Shown: positions 1 through 9,918, counted from the stretch's first letter. The stretch: 64,000 bases of DNA from Treponemataceae bacterium (GCA_024402435.1 JAKSTU010000007.1:2819-66818); one strand, 5' to 3'. Notes: a model not told the origin generated them from the letters alone. Numbers and translations are program-made.

Positions 1-206
1 TGCAGTACAACTTGTACGAAGCGGTTAACCGGGTTGCTTTCCTGAAAAACTCCATCGCAAGTTCATACGTTACTTTCGAGGATTTTCCCCAGGAAACTCT
101 CAAAATGGCAACCGCTGTAGTATCTACCGGCCCGATCATTCTTCTGTACCCCTTCGTGCAGAAATACTTCATCAGCGGCATCACAGTTGGTGCTGTTAAA
201 GGTTAG
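1..206 (+). CDS. carbohydrate ABC transporter permease, C-terminal fragment (5' end lies outside the window)
   Basis: The frame is open from the window edge to TAG at 204-206. The tail ...STGPIILLYPFVQKYFISGITVGAVKG is typical of CUT1/LplC-type sugar permeases. An LplA-like binding lipoprotein gene follows. Confidence 0.75.
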   Translation, partial: QYNLYEAVNRVAFLKNSIASSYVTFEDFPQETLKMATAVVSTGPIILLYPFVQKYFISGITVGAVKG

Positions 207-227
207 TACCAATGTGGTGCCATGGAT

Positions 228-492
228 GGCACCGCCAAACGGAGTTTTGCCGCATCGTTGTTACCAGTGTTTGCCTGTAGAACAATTGTGCGGCAAAACG
301 AAAACACAATTTTTGCAGGAGGCAAAAATTGTGTAAGGACGGCACCGCCAAACTAAGTTTTGCCGCGCGCCTTTGTTACCAGTGTTTGCCTGTGGAACAA
401 TCGTGCGGCAAAACGAAAACACAATTTTTGCAGGAAGCAAAAATTGTGTATGAGGGCGGCAACAAACTAAGTTTTGCCGCGCCTTTGAACTC
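228..492. repeat. tandem repeat, 113-114 bp unit, about 2.3 copies, each unit with two strong hairpins
   Basis: Units start at 228, 341 and 455 (GGCACCGCCAAAC...). Each unit holds an 11-bp stem GTTTTGCCGCA...TGCGGCAAAAC and a 13-bp stem ACACAATTTTTGC-AGGAG-GCAAAAATTGTGT. Confidence 0.9.
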
Positions 493-584
493 AAGTTTTG
501 AAAAAAGTCCCGTAAGGGCTTTTGTGATAAATGGAATCTCTACAAGTGCAATTTATAGAGATAATTAAAATCAGGAGGAATCTT

Positions 585-2123
585 ATGAAAAAAACACTTA
601 CAGTGTTGTGCGCTCTGCTCTGCATGGCAGGCGTAATGTTTGCAGGCGGTCGTAAAGACACTGCAAAAAAAGGTGACGATCTGTCACAGCATGTTGTCAT
701 CAAATACATGACAACAGGTGACAAACCCACAAATGGCGCAACAGAAAAAATGCTTGAAAAGCTCAACGCCATCCTTACAGAAAAAGTAAATGCCGAACTG
801 GAAATTTACTACATTGAATGGACAGACTACATGACCAAATACAATCTGACACTTGCTCAGATGGACGGAACTGTAGACCTGGTCGGAACAGCAACAGACT
901 GGCTGGATGCATGGCCGAACAGCAAGAACGGTGCTTTCATGGCACTCAGCGAAGACATGCTGAAAAAATACGCTCCCAAAACATGGGAATCAGTTTCTCA
1001 GGAACACTGGGATATGTGTAAATATGACGGCGACATCTACTTCATGCCCGAAGACAACTACGCACAGTGGACAAACCACGGATTCATGTACCGCGGTGAC
1101 TGGGCAAAAGAAGCAGGCCTTGCAGACGGCGTACACAGCTGGGATCAGCTCACAGCATACCTCAAATGGGTAAAAGCAAACAAACCCGGTGTTATTCCGT
1201 GGGACAGCGATGCTGCAAAATCACTGCAGAACCAGATGTCATTCGGATACATTGCATCACACACACCTTATGTTCAGCTGGATGGTGTAGGTGTTGACCT
1301 GTTCGGCGGTTCTCGCAAAGATCTGTACAAAATCTACTCACCTTACTACACAGGAAACGAACTTGTTGAATTCGCAAAACTGATGAAAGACTGGGATTCA
1401 GCAGGAATCTGGAAGACAGACGTTCTCAACAACTCAAGCTCCAACCGCGACGAATTCTATCTCGGTCAGACAGCTTGTGACCAGCACCACACAGAAACAT
1501 GGTACGGAACAGTACGTCCCCGCATGGAAGAAGATCAGCCCGGTTCAGACGTAGGATTCTTCTGGTTCGGTGAAGAAATCGGCAACGTAACAGGCCTTTC
1601 AATTTCTCACGGAGCAATGGCTCTGTCTGCCGCATCAAAAAATCCTGAACGCGCTCTCATGGTTTATGACCTTCTCCGCAACGATCCTGAATGCTACAAC
1701 CTGTTCAACTACGGTATCGAAGGTGTTCAGTACGAAGTTCTTCCCAACGGAACACGTCAGAAACCCGCTTCCTACGACAACGATCTGGATGCAATCACAA
1801 CAAACTACTGGTGGGGACGCAACGACGATCTTGAAATCCGCGACTCACAGCGCGCATGGGCTCAGTACGACGAAATCGTAAAAGCTTATGATGCTGCAAA
1901 GATTGATTATCCTTACGGACAGCTGGTTCTTGAAATCGATTCAATCCGTTCAGAAATCGACAACATGAACGACGTATTTGCAAACTACATGCCCCGTATC
2001 TGTTACGGAAAGTTTGACAATGCTGAAGCAATCGTAAAAGAATTCCGCGCAGCTCTCAAAGCAGCCGGTATTGAAAACGTAATTGCAGAAATCCAGCGCC
2101 AGATTGATGCTGTTTACAGATAA
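585..2123 (+). CDS. extracellular solute-binding lipoprotein of a sugar ABC transporter (LplA-like, large family-1 SBP)
   Basis: AGGAGG at 573-578 precedes ATG 585. Signal/lipobox MKKTLTVLCALLCMAGVMFAGG. Size about 512 aa, adjacent to the permease. The ORF-track start at 531 runs through the RBS and is rejected. Confidence 0.85.
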   Translation: MKKTLTVLCALLCMAGVMFAGGRKDTAKKGDDLSQHVVIKYMTTGDKPTNGATEKMLEKLNAILTEKVNAELEIYYIEWTDYMTKYNLTLAQMDGTVDLVGTATDWLDAWPNSKNGAFMALSEDMLKKYAPKTWESVSQEHWDMCKYDGDIYFMPEDNYAQWTNHGFMYRGDWAKEAGLADGVHSWDQLTAYLKWVKANKPGVIPWDSDAAKSLQNQMSFGYIASHTPYVQLDGVGVDLFGGSRKDLYKIYSPYYTGNELVEFAKLMKDWDSAGIWKTDVLNNSSSNRDEFYLGQTACDQHHTETWYGTVRPRMEEDQPGSDVGFFWFGEEIGNVTGLSISHGAMALSAASKNPERALMVYDLLRNDPECYNLFNYGIEGVQYEVLPNGTRQKPASYDNDLDAITTNYWWGRNDDLEIRDSQRAWAQYDEIVKAYDAAKIDYPYGQLVLEIDSIRSEIDNMNDVFANYMPRICYGKFDNAEAIVKEFRAALKAAGIENVIAEIQRQIDAVYR

Positions 2124-2138
2124 ACTGGTATTCTGATT

Positions 2139-2523
2139 GAGCGAAGCGAAGAGAAATCTATGAAAAGGATAGATCCTTCGACTTCGCTCAGGATGACAAC
2201 GTGTGGGCGCTCAGGATGACAACGTGTGGGCGCTCAGGATGGCATTGTTTGTGCGCTTAGGACGGCATTGTTTGTGCGCTTAAAATGTCATCCTGTTGAA
2301 AAAACTGTCATGCGCTCTGAACGAACGCAGTGAATGCGGAACCCTTGTCATGCAGACCGGGATTAACGAAGTGAATGTCCACCCATGCCATGAAGAGGGA
2401 CTGACGAAGTTTTGCAAGCCCTTGTCACGCAGACCGGAATGAACGCAGTGAATGCCCGCCCATGTCATGTTGAGCGGAATGAACGCAGTGAATGAAGTCG
2501 AAACATCTGTCATCTCTGCCGCC
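2139..2523. repeat. composite degenerate repeat array: 23-bp tandem units (CGCTCAGGATGACAACGTGTGGG type, 2185-2300) followed by about 40-bp units (TGTCATGC..GAACGCAGTGAATG.., 2306-2510) in the opposite motif orientation
   Basis: 23-bp unit starts are at 2185, 2208, 2231, 2254 and 2277. 40-bp unit starts are at 2306, 2346, 2386, 2423, 2463 and 2508. ORFs across it (2280-2651 and others) look like repeat artefacts. Confidence 0.85.
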
Positions 2524-2675
2524 AGTGCGTCCGAAAGACAAAAAAAAGACGTGTATAACGTATACAATAGAAGAAAACTGATAAAAAAAGTGATTTTGGA
2601 GGAAACTGATTTCCCCCGATACCTTAAAAACACTGAAAACCAAAAGTTCAAAACTGATTATTCGGAAGGTTGATC

Positions 2676-5150
2676 ATGAAAAATAATTCCATTGAATTGA
2701 AATCCTGGAAGTTCAAATATATTGACGGCTCCTGTTCTCTCGGCAAACCCGAAAACGGAAGCACTTTGTCCGTGCCTGTTGAAGGTTCCATTACAGGAGT
2801 CGGTGTTTATGACGCAGCCTGTAACCGTGGCTACGACGACTCTGCCTGGCAGACTGTTACAGTTCCCCACGACTGGGCTGTGTCCATGCCCTTTGACAAA
2901 TCCTGTTCAAGCGGCACTGGTTATCTTGCCGGAGGAATTGCCTGGTACCGCTGTCACATTGACCTGACAGAAGAGCAGGCTTCAAAAAGCGGCTTCCTTT
3001 GCTTTGACGGCGTGTACAAACATGCACAAGTCTGGTGCAACAGTTATTATCTTGGAAACTGGGCCAACGGTTACACGCCCTTCAGCTTTGACGTTACCGG
3101 GCTTCTTCATCCGGGACACAATGAAATCGCGGTTAAAGTGAGCCACCCTGACATTGCGGACAGCCGCTGGTACACCGGTAGCGGCATGACACGCGGAGCC
3201 CGCCTTGAACTCAAGGAATCTCTGCATTTTGTAAAAGACGGTCTCGCTTTTGACACTCCCATTGTCTCAGAAAAAGAAGCTGTCATCAGCATCACTTCAG
3301 AAATCAGTGCACTTTGCTCTGATTCAATCACGTCCGGAGAAGTCCGTGTCTCTTACGAACTGATTTCTCCTGACGGTAAAATCGTATTTTCTCAGGATTC
3401 TTCTGCTTCTGCAGATTCTGCAGTTTCAGTTCAGGGCATCCTTGAATCTCCTTTGCTCTGGTCTCCTGAAAACCCGGTTCTGTATACACTGCGTGCGTCC
3501 CTCTTCTCCTCAGAGGGCATACAGGACAGCATCGAATACAAAGTGGGCATTCGCAGCTTTGTATTCGATGCAGACAAAGGGTTCTTCATCAACGGAAAAT
3601 CCTGCAAACTCAAAGGCGTCTGTCTTCATGAAGATGCAGGCTGTTTCGGCAATGCGGTTCCGGCTGCGGTTTGGAAACGCCGTCTTGCAAAACTCAAAGA
3701 ATGCGGCTGCAACGCAATCCGCATGAGCCACAATCCCCACGAACCGGAACTTTATGATCTGTGTGATTCCATGGGATTCTTTGTAATTGACGAAGCTTTT
3801 GACGAATGGGAAGGCGTAAAAAACAAATGGTCAACAGGACACAATGTTTATCCGCCGGTTCATCAGGGATATTTCGAGGATTTTCATCAGTGGTATGACA
3901 AAGACATTGCAGCTTTTGTCCGCCGTGACAGAAATCATCCCAGCATCATTCTCTGGAGCATCGGAAACGAAATTGACTATCCAAACGATCCATATTGTCA
4001 CCCGCTGTTCGAGTCAATGACGGGCAACAATGACAAAAACAAGCCCGCTGCTGAAAAGCTTTATAATCCCAACCGGCCCAATACGGAACGGCTTACTGTG
4101 CTTGCAAAGAAAATCACTGCGCAGGTCAAAAAGCATGACGAAAGCCGCCCTGTCACACTGGCTTCTGCATTCCCGGAACTTACTTCCCGGACAGGACTTT
4201 TTGATGCTGTGGACGTGATCGGATACAATTACAAGGAACATTTGTACCATGAGGATCACAAGCGTTTTCCTTCTCTGCCGATTATGGGAAGCGAAAACGG
4301 ACACAATTACAGCCAGTGGAAGGCAGTTCGTGACAATGATTTTATCAGCTCACAATTTTTGTGGACAGGAATTGACTATTTGGGCGAAGCTTACGGCTGG
4401 CCGATTCATGGTTCTGCAGCCGGACTGATGACTCTTGCAGGATTTGACAAAGCGGAATTCTGGTTCCGAAAATCTCTGTGGAATGATCAGCCTATGGTAC
4501 GGATTTTTACAGCACTGGATTCAGGTGACAAAACAAAGCATGTTCAGGAAAACCAGCCCAGATGGAACGGGGAATTTTCTCCTTTGTGGAATTACAATCC
4601 AGGCGAAAAAGTGGAAGTCCGCGTGTTCACAAATCAGAAAGAAGTGGAACTTTCTGTAAACGGAAAATCAGCCGGAATTTTTGCCCGCAGTGAAGAAACA
4701 GGCTTTGTAACGGCTTTCATTCCCTTTGAAGCGGGAACTTTGTCTGCAAAAGCCGGAAACGGAAACCTTTGCGATACACTGGTAACCACAGGTTGCGGTT
4801 GCGCTCTGAAAGCAGAAGTTTACGAAAGCGACGCAGATTCCGCAAAAAATCAGGCTCTAAGTACTGTAATCGCTGCGGAAAAAATTGTTCAGGTGGAAGT
4901 TGTCTGCGTTGACTCTGCAGGAAACCCTGTGTGCACCGATGACCGGCCGGTAACAGCTGCAGTCAGCGGCGCAAAACTTTTGGGCATTGAAAACGGGGAT
5001 CTTGCAGACAATACTGCATATTCCGAAAACTACCGCCGTCTGTATTGCGGCCGCCAGATTGTCTTCGTTGCATGCAGCAGCGAAAACAATGGAGAGGCAA
5101 CACTCACACTTACGGCTTCCGGATGCGCCCCCGTAACTGTCAGCCTTTAA
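2676..5150 (+). CDS. glycoside hydrolase family 2 protein (beta-galactosidase-like)
   Basis: GGAAGG at 2664-2669 then ATG 2676. GH2 signature NHPSIILWSIGNEIDYPND, the sugar-binding N-terminal pattern (DDSAWQTVTVPHDW) and a TIM-barrel region CNAIRMSHNP. Confidence 0.9.
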   Translation: MKNNSIELKSWKFKYIDGSCSLGKPENGSTLSVPVEGSITGVGVYDAACNRGYDDSAWQTVTVPHDWAVSMPFDKSCSSGTGYLAGGIAWYRCHIDLTEEQASKSGFLCFDGVYKHAQVWCNSYYLGNWANGYTPFSFDVTGLLHPGHNEIAVKVSHPDIADSRWYTGSGMTRGARLELKESLHFVKDGLAFDTPIVSEKEAVISITSEISALCSDSITSGEVRVSYELISPDGKIVFSQDSSASADSAVSVQGILESPLLWSPENPVLYTLRASLFSSEGIQDSIEYKVGIRSFVFDADKGFFINGKSCKLKGVCLHEDAGCFGNAVPAAVWKRRLAKLKECGCNAIRMSHNPHEPELYDLCDSMGFFVIDEAFDEWEGVKNKWSTGHNVYPPVHQGYFEDFHQWYDKDIAAFVRRDRNHPSIILWSIGNEIDYPNDPYCHPLFESMTGNNDKNKPAAEKLYNPNRPNTERLTVLAKKITAQVKKHDESRPVTLASAFPELTSRTGLFDAVDVIGYNYKEHLYHEDHKRFPSLPIMGSENGHNYSQWKAVRDNDFISSQFLWTGIDYLGEAYGWPIHGSAAGLMTLAGFDKAEFWFRKSLWNDQPMVRIFTALDSGDKTKHVQENQPRWNGEFSPLWNYNPGEKVEVRVFTNQKEVELSVNGKSAGIFARSEETGFVTAFIPFEAGTLSAKAGNGNLCDTLVTTGCGCALKAEVYESDADSAKNQALSTVIAAEKIVQVEVVCVDSAGNPVCTDDRPVTAAVSGAKLLGIENGDLADNTAYSENYRRLYCGRQIVFVACSSENNGEATLTLTASGCAPVTVSL

Positions 5151-5156
5151 AAAATA

Positions 5157-6176
5157 TTATACGGGCTCTCCAAAATCCGGGGTTCCGTCCGCTTTCCATG
5201 TGAAAGTTTTGGAACGGAAATCCCGGTGAGGATCAGCCAGTCCTTCGTCAACCGGCTCTTTGTGTTCGTCATCCCGGAAAAGACCTTTGTAATTCCTTGC
5301 ATGGTAACAGATTACATCTTCACCACCGTCTTTTGTAAAAGAGCAGTGGCCCGGCCCGTAAATGCCGTTTGTCTCTGATGTGGCAAAAACAGGCACCGGA
5401 GACTTTGTCCAGGAAGCCGGGTTCAGTAAATCTGCATTTTCGTCAGCGGCGAGAAGTCCGAGACAGTAAGATTCGTCACAGTCGCTTGCAGAATATGCTA
5501 TGAATACGCGGCCGTTGCGCTTCAGAATTGCAGGACCTTCGTTGACCCAGTATTTTTTGTGTTCCCATTCAAGAATTTTTCCGTCAGCGGGAGGAGTTTC
5601 CGGCCGGAGAAAACCGGGTTCCGCAATGAGAACACGCTTTGTCAGAAGTTTTACAAAATCAGTTGAAGGATCAGCTTTGGCAATGTAAATGCTTGCTTTT
5701 GTCTTAGGTTCGTAAGACACCTGCTGATGCTGGTTCCACACATAGTACCAGTTTCCGCCGCATTCAAAAACAGTGCCGTCTACAGAAAAAGCATCGTTCT
5801 GATCGGGAGAAACCTGTCCGCAAAGTTCCCATCTGCCGGAAAGAGGATCCGTGTCAGAACAGCAGGCAACCCACTGACGGATTGTCCACACATTTGTCTT
5901 CTGCGGACTGGCTGTAAAGAAAAGGTACCATTTGTTCTGAAGAAAATGCAGTTCCGGCGCCCAAACTTGCGGAAAAAGTCCCCATTGGGCAAGTGAATCC
6001 GGAGAAAGCACTGTTACTTCCGGCGCATCGCCCAAAGCCTGTATTGAATCGGCGCGACGGAGAACAATTCTGTCAAAAGCCGGATAAGTTGCAGAAAAAT
6101 AATATGCGCCGTCTGTGTGTCGGTAAACCCAAGGGTCTGCCCGCTTGGAAATAATCGGATTAATGTAAGTTTTCAT
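5157..6176 (-). CDS. glycoside hydrolase family 43 protein (arabinofuranosidase/xylosidase-like)
   Basis: N-terminus NPIISKRADPWVYRHTDGAYYF and the five-bladed propeller pattern (WAPELHF.., NEGPAILKRNGRVFIAYSAS) are typical of GH43. Confidence 0.85.
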   Translation of the reverse strand: MKTYINPIISKRADPWVYRHTDGAYYFSATYPAFDRIVLRRADSIQALGDAPEVTVLSPDSLAQWGLFPQVWAPELHFLQNKWYLFFTASPQKTNVWTIRQWVACCSDTDPLSGRWELCGQVSPDQNDAFSVDGTVFECGGNWYYVWNQHQQVSYEPKTKASIYIAKADPSTDFVKLLTKRVLIAEPGFLRPETPPADGKILEWEHKKYWVNEGPAILKRNGRVFIAYSASDCDESYCLGLLAADENADLLNPASWTKSPVPVFATSETNGIYGPGHCSFTKDGGEDVICYHARNYKGLFRDDEHKEPVDEGLADPHRDFRSKTFTWKADGTPDFGEPV

Positions 6177-6232
6177 CCGCTAAGTTTATCACCGCAAGAA
6201 GGGCAAGACAATACAGCCGGCAACTGAATCTG

Positions 6233-7924
6233 TCAGGCAGTGTAAAGATAGCGTTTGATTTTCTGGCTTGCAGTTTTTTCAAACTCTTTGATTACCTGAA
6301 CTTCTGAAATCCGGGAATTTCTGTTGATCTGTTCGTTAACAAAGTTCTGAATTTCTTTGAGAATCAGATTTTTCTGGTCTGCAAGTGCGCGCATGAATTC
6401 TTCTGCATATTCCTTGATGTCAGGAAATTTGAGCTGAGCACGTTTTTTTGCTTCAAGTTCAAACTGTTCTTCGTTAACCTGAACCAATGCCACAAGACCA
6501 TTGTTGTTTTCCACTACAAGAGATTCATTAACCATGGGGTGCTGATTAAGAACGAATTCAAGATCTTCGGGATAAATGTTTTCGCCGTTGGGGCCAAGAA
6601 TCATGTTTTTGCAGCGGCCTTTGAGACTGAGGCGCAGACCGTCCTTGCATTCTGAAAGAGTTCCAAGGTCACCGGTTTTAAGATAGCCTTCACCGCAGGA
6701 ATCGGCTTTGGTCGTAAAAACTTCTGCCGTAAGTTCGGGAGCTTTGTAATAACCCTTCATAACATTGGGGCCTTTTACTACGATTTCTCCGATTCCTGTG
6801 TCAGGTCTTACATTGATCAGCTTAAGGTCAACACCGGGAACAACCTGACCGATAGTTCCGGGAATTCCTTTGTGGCTGTCACATCCGGCAATAAGCGGAG
6901 AAGTTTCTGTAAGTCCGTAACCCATTGCATAAGGAAAATCAGCATCTTTCAGGAACATTTCAACTTCGGGATTCAGTTTTGCACCGCCGATTCCAAAGAA
7001 TTCAATGTGGCCGCCGAAAGTTGCCATCAGTTTTTTGCCTGCAACTTTATGGAGCAGTTTCTTGAAGATTTTGATTTTATAAAGCTTCATTGCGTTCAAA
7101 GAAGGCTGAATCTTGCTCTTGTAGATTTTTTCCATGATCATTGGGACAGAGAGAACCAGTGTGGGCCTGATTTTCTGGAATGCAGGCAGAAGAGCGCCGA
7201 TTGCAGGCGGAGTACCAAGATAATAAACGCTTGCTCCGTTCAGAATCATCATTGAAAAACCGATTGTAAACTCGTAAACGTGGCTTAGCGGCAGGAATGA
7301 CAAAGCTTTGTCAGTTTCCTTGATGTCATGGCAGCAGCGGTTTGCAATTGTGTTCCAGACCAGATTTTTGTGAGTCAGTTCAACACCTTTGGGGCGTCCG
7401 GTGGTACCGGATGTATAAATTATGGAAGCTGTATCTTCTTCTTCAACTGTAACCGGCGCAAGATTTTCCGGCGAAACGGAAACTGTCGGAGTTCCTGCAA
7501 TTACGGAATAATCTTCAAGTCTTATGATTACAGGCGGAAGTTCTTCATTCAGGTCTTTGATTTTTTCAAAAAGCTTTTTGTCAACAATCATTGCATCAAC
7601 ACCGCAATGATTCAGGATTCCTTTGATGTCATTCTTTGAAAAGTCGGGAAGCAGCGGGACTGCAATCATTCTGCGGTTTACAATGCCCAGATATGCTGCG
7701 CCCCATTCAGGACGCCCGATGCCCCAGATTGCAACTTTGCTCAAAGGGCCCAGTCCGAAACTTTCAAGAAGTGCACTTACACCTTTTGATTTCTGTTCCA
7801 ATTGGGAATATGTAATCGGCTCGCCGTTTACAAGGCTCAGAGCCGGTCTGTCTGAAAATTTTCTTACGCTGTTGGCAAGCATTGAGGGAAATGTATATGT
7901 TCCGAGATCTTCGATAGTCTGCAT
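6233..7924 (-). CDS. long-chain fatty acid-CoA ligase (AMP-binding family)
   Basis: AMP-binding motif IIYTSGTTGRPKGVELTH and the GYGLTETS core. AAGGAG RBS upstream of ATG 7924. Confidence 0.88.
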   Translation of the reverse strand: MQTIEDLGTYTFPSMLANSVRKFSDRPALSLVNGEPITYSQLEQKSKGVSALLESFGLGPLSKVAIWGIGRPEWGAAYLGIVNRRMIAVPLLPDFSKNDIKGILNHCGVDAMIVDKKLFEKIKDLNEELPPVIIRLEDYSVIAGTPTVSVSPENLAPVTVEEEDTASIIYTSGTTGRPKGVELTHKNLVWNTIANRCCHDIKETDKALSFLPLSHVYEFTIGFSMMILNGASVYYLGTPPAIGALLPAFQKIRPTLVLSVPMIMEKIYKSKIQPSLNAMKLYKIKIFKKLLHKVAGKKLMATFGGHIEFFGIGGAKLNPEVEMFLKDADFPYAMGYGLTETSPLIAGCDSHKGIPGTIGQVVPGVDLKLINVRPDTGIGEIVVKGPNVMKGYYKAPELTAEVFTTKADSCGEGYLKTGDLGTLSECKDGLRLSLKGRCKNMILGPNGENIYPEDLEFVLNQHPMVNESLVVENNNGLVALVQVNEEQFELEAKKRAQLKFPDIKEYAEEFMRALADQKNLILKEIQNFVNEQINRNSRISEVQVIKEFEKTASQKIKRYLYTA

Positions 7925-8000
7925 AGTTCAGATTCTCCTTATATTTGAATCTGAGCATAACAATATATCGGCAAGGTTCAATCACGGTAAATTGAGAAGC

Positions 8001-9155
8001 TTATTTGTTTACTTTCAGTTTACTTTGAAGGTCAAATGGCAGGTTGAAAGTAAATTTGTTGTGTTCTTCGGATTTTGGTTCATCTTTTTTGACAGGAATT
8101 CCAATGGGCAGAGTAACGATGAATTTGCTTCCTTCTCCGATTTTGCTTTCAACAAAAATCTGACCATGAAAAAGTTCCACGATTCTGTGTGCAATGGAAA
8201 GCCCCAATCCCAAACCTTGTCTTGAATGGCTTGAATCTCCCTGAAAATAGGGTCTGAAAAGATTTGTAAGGGTTGTGTCGGACATTCCTTCGCCTGTGTC
8301 CTTGACGGTAACAGTTACGTTCCGCTTTTCCTGAACAAGCGTAACAGTGATTTCTCCGCCTTCTGGCGTGTATTTGCTTGCGTTTCCGATCAGGTTGAGC
8401 CAAAGATGCTGGAGCAGTTCTTTGTTCGCTTTTATCATGACTTCCGCGAGATCAGCTGAAAGCGTCTGATTTTTTGCGGACCATTGTGCGGAACAGATTA
8501 TCGAACATTGTCTTAGCTGTTCTCCAAGATTGTATTCTTCCACTTCTGAAACAATCTGCTGTGACGAAAGCTTGGAAAGCAGAATCGTGTTCTTTGCAAG
8601 TGCAGAAAGCCTGTTTGATTCATCCCGGATTATTTCAAGAAACTGAGTCTGTTCTTCTTTTGAAAGATCCTTTTCAAGGAGAAGACTTGCAAAACCGCTT
8701 ATGGAAGCAATGGGAGTCTTGAATTCATGGGAATAATTGTTGATAAAGTCGTTCTGAAGAATCTGTGTGCTTGCAAGTTCTGCACACATTTTGTTGAAGT
8801 CTTCATAAACTGGAGTAATCGGTTCTTTTCTGCTGGTGTCAATTCTGTATTCGTAATGTCCGCAGGCAACTTTTCCTATTGCATCTGACAGAGTTTCTAT
8901 TTCCCGTGCGCGCTTCTGGTAAGAAAACGTATTCAGCGGCACAAGAATAATTATCATCAGAATAACGGTTCCGAGAATTTCATACAGTGTCTGGTAAACT
9001 GTGTCTTCAACTTTGCCGACTCCCACAGTAATCCACGTCATGAAAGAGTAGGAGCCGATCAGGGTTATAATGATTATTATGCACTGCAGCATTATGTGGG
9101 GAAGAATGCGTTTCAAAAAAAGTGCCACGTTGGGCGGTCTGATTTTCATCTTCAT
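8001..9155 (-). CDS. sensor histidine kinase (two TM segments, HisKA + HATPase_c)
   Basis: H-box SHEFKTPIASISGF, N-box LIGNASKYTP and G-boxes DTGEGM / GLGLGLSIA. Two hydrophobic N-terminal segments. Confidence 0.9.
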   Translation of the reverse strand: MKMKIRPPNVALFLKRILPHIMLQCIIIIITLIGSYSFMTWITVGVGKVEDTVYQTLYEILGTVILMIIILVPLNTFSYQKRAREIETLSDAIGKVACGHYEYRIDTSRKEPITPVYEDFNKMCAELASTQILQNDFINNYSHEFKTPIASISGFASLLLEKDLSKEEQTQFLEIIRDESNRLSALAKNTILLSKLSSQQIVSEVEEYNLGEQLRQCSIICSAQWSAKNQTLSADLAEVMIKANKELLQHLWLNLIGNASKYTPEGGEITVTLVQEKRNVTVTVKDTGEGMSDTTLTNLFRPYFQGDSSHSRQGLGLGLSIAHRIVELFHGQIFVESKIGEGSKFIVTLPIGIPVKKDEPKSEEHNKFTFNLPFDLQSKLKVNK

Positions 9156-9198
9156 AAGTCAATCCTTTGTTCAGTTCAGAAAAAATCGGATTTTGTTT

Positions 9199-9879
9199 TC
9201 AGGAATCTTTTTTCGTGATTTCCGCTTTGTATCCCAAGCCTTTGATTGTAACAATCGTAAAGTCCGTCATGTTCTGCATTTTGTTGCGGATTCTGTTGAT
9301 GTGAGTTTTGACCGTATCATCACCTGTTTCGGACAAAGGGCCCCAAACGCTGTCCCGAATCTGTTCCTTCGAAAAAATCTGGGAAGGATAGGAAAGCAGT
9401 TTGAAAAGCAGATCGAACTCTTTTTTGGGAAGCTCGATGAATTCAGAATCGTTGTAGACAGCATATTTTTCCGAATCGATGGTGGTTCTTCCGATGACGA
9501 TTTTTTTGTTTTCGGTAATGTTTGCACGGCGGAGAAGTGCTGCAACCCTCCATTGCAGTTCATCGCTGCTGAAAGGCTTTGTTATGTATTCATCGGTGCC
9601 CAGTTCGTAACCTTTTTCCATGGCACTGGAAGTTTCCATGGCGGTAAGCATAAGAAAAGGCGTTGTGTATCCTTCCTGACGGATGGTTTTAAGCAGTTCG
9701 TAACCGTCCATTCTGGGCATCATGATATCAGAAATAATCAGATCCACCACGTTTTTGCGGATTATTTCCAGTGCCTCAACACCGTCGCAGGCGCAGAGCA
9801 CGTTGTATTTGTCCGAAAGTCTGGCGGAAGTAAGCAGCCTCATGTTTCTGTCATCTTCTGCAATAAGAATGCAAGCCAT
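9199..9879 (-). CDS. OmpR-family response regulator (REC + winged-helix DNA binding)
   Basis: ILIAEDD...DLIISDIMMP receiver motifs. C-terminal trans_reg_C pattern (LPKKEFDLLFKLL..., VKTHINRIRNKM...IVTIKGLGYK). Confidence 0.92.
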   Translation of the reverse strand: MACILIAEDDRNMRLLTSARLSDKYNVLCACDGVEALEIIRKNVVDLIISDIMMPRMDGYELLKTIRQEGYTTPFLMLTAMETSSAMEKGYELGTDEYITKPFSSDELQWRVAALLRRANITENKKIVIGRTTIDSEKYAVYNDSEFIELPKKEFDLLFKLLSYPSQIFSKEQIRDSVWGPLSETGDDTVKTHINRIRNKMQNMTDFTIVTIKGLGYKAEITKKDS

Positions 9880-9918
9880 CAGTATCTCCAGAAAAAATCG
9901 CGGGTGTTGCGGCCTTTT

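Noticed and set aside
261-568. 77-aa and 79-aa ORFs within the 113-bp tandem repeat.
   Set aside because: Their sequences are internally repetitive translations of the repeat on both strands. They have no RBS, and they overlap each other.
531-584. Upstream extension of the sugar-binding protein ORF. Similar N-terminal extensions occur at 20613-20726, 50036-50122 and 41819-41902.
   Set aside because: The extensions include the RBS or promoter sequence. They give non-family N-termini, while the internal starts give canonical signal peptides or family N-termini.
228-2523. Possibility that the repeat regions (228-492 and 2139-2523) are CRISPR arrays.
   Set aside because: There are no unique spacers between constant repeats. 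The units are contiguous tandem or degenerate copies with variable periods (113 bp, 23 bp, 37-45 bp). There are no cas genes in the window.
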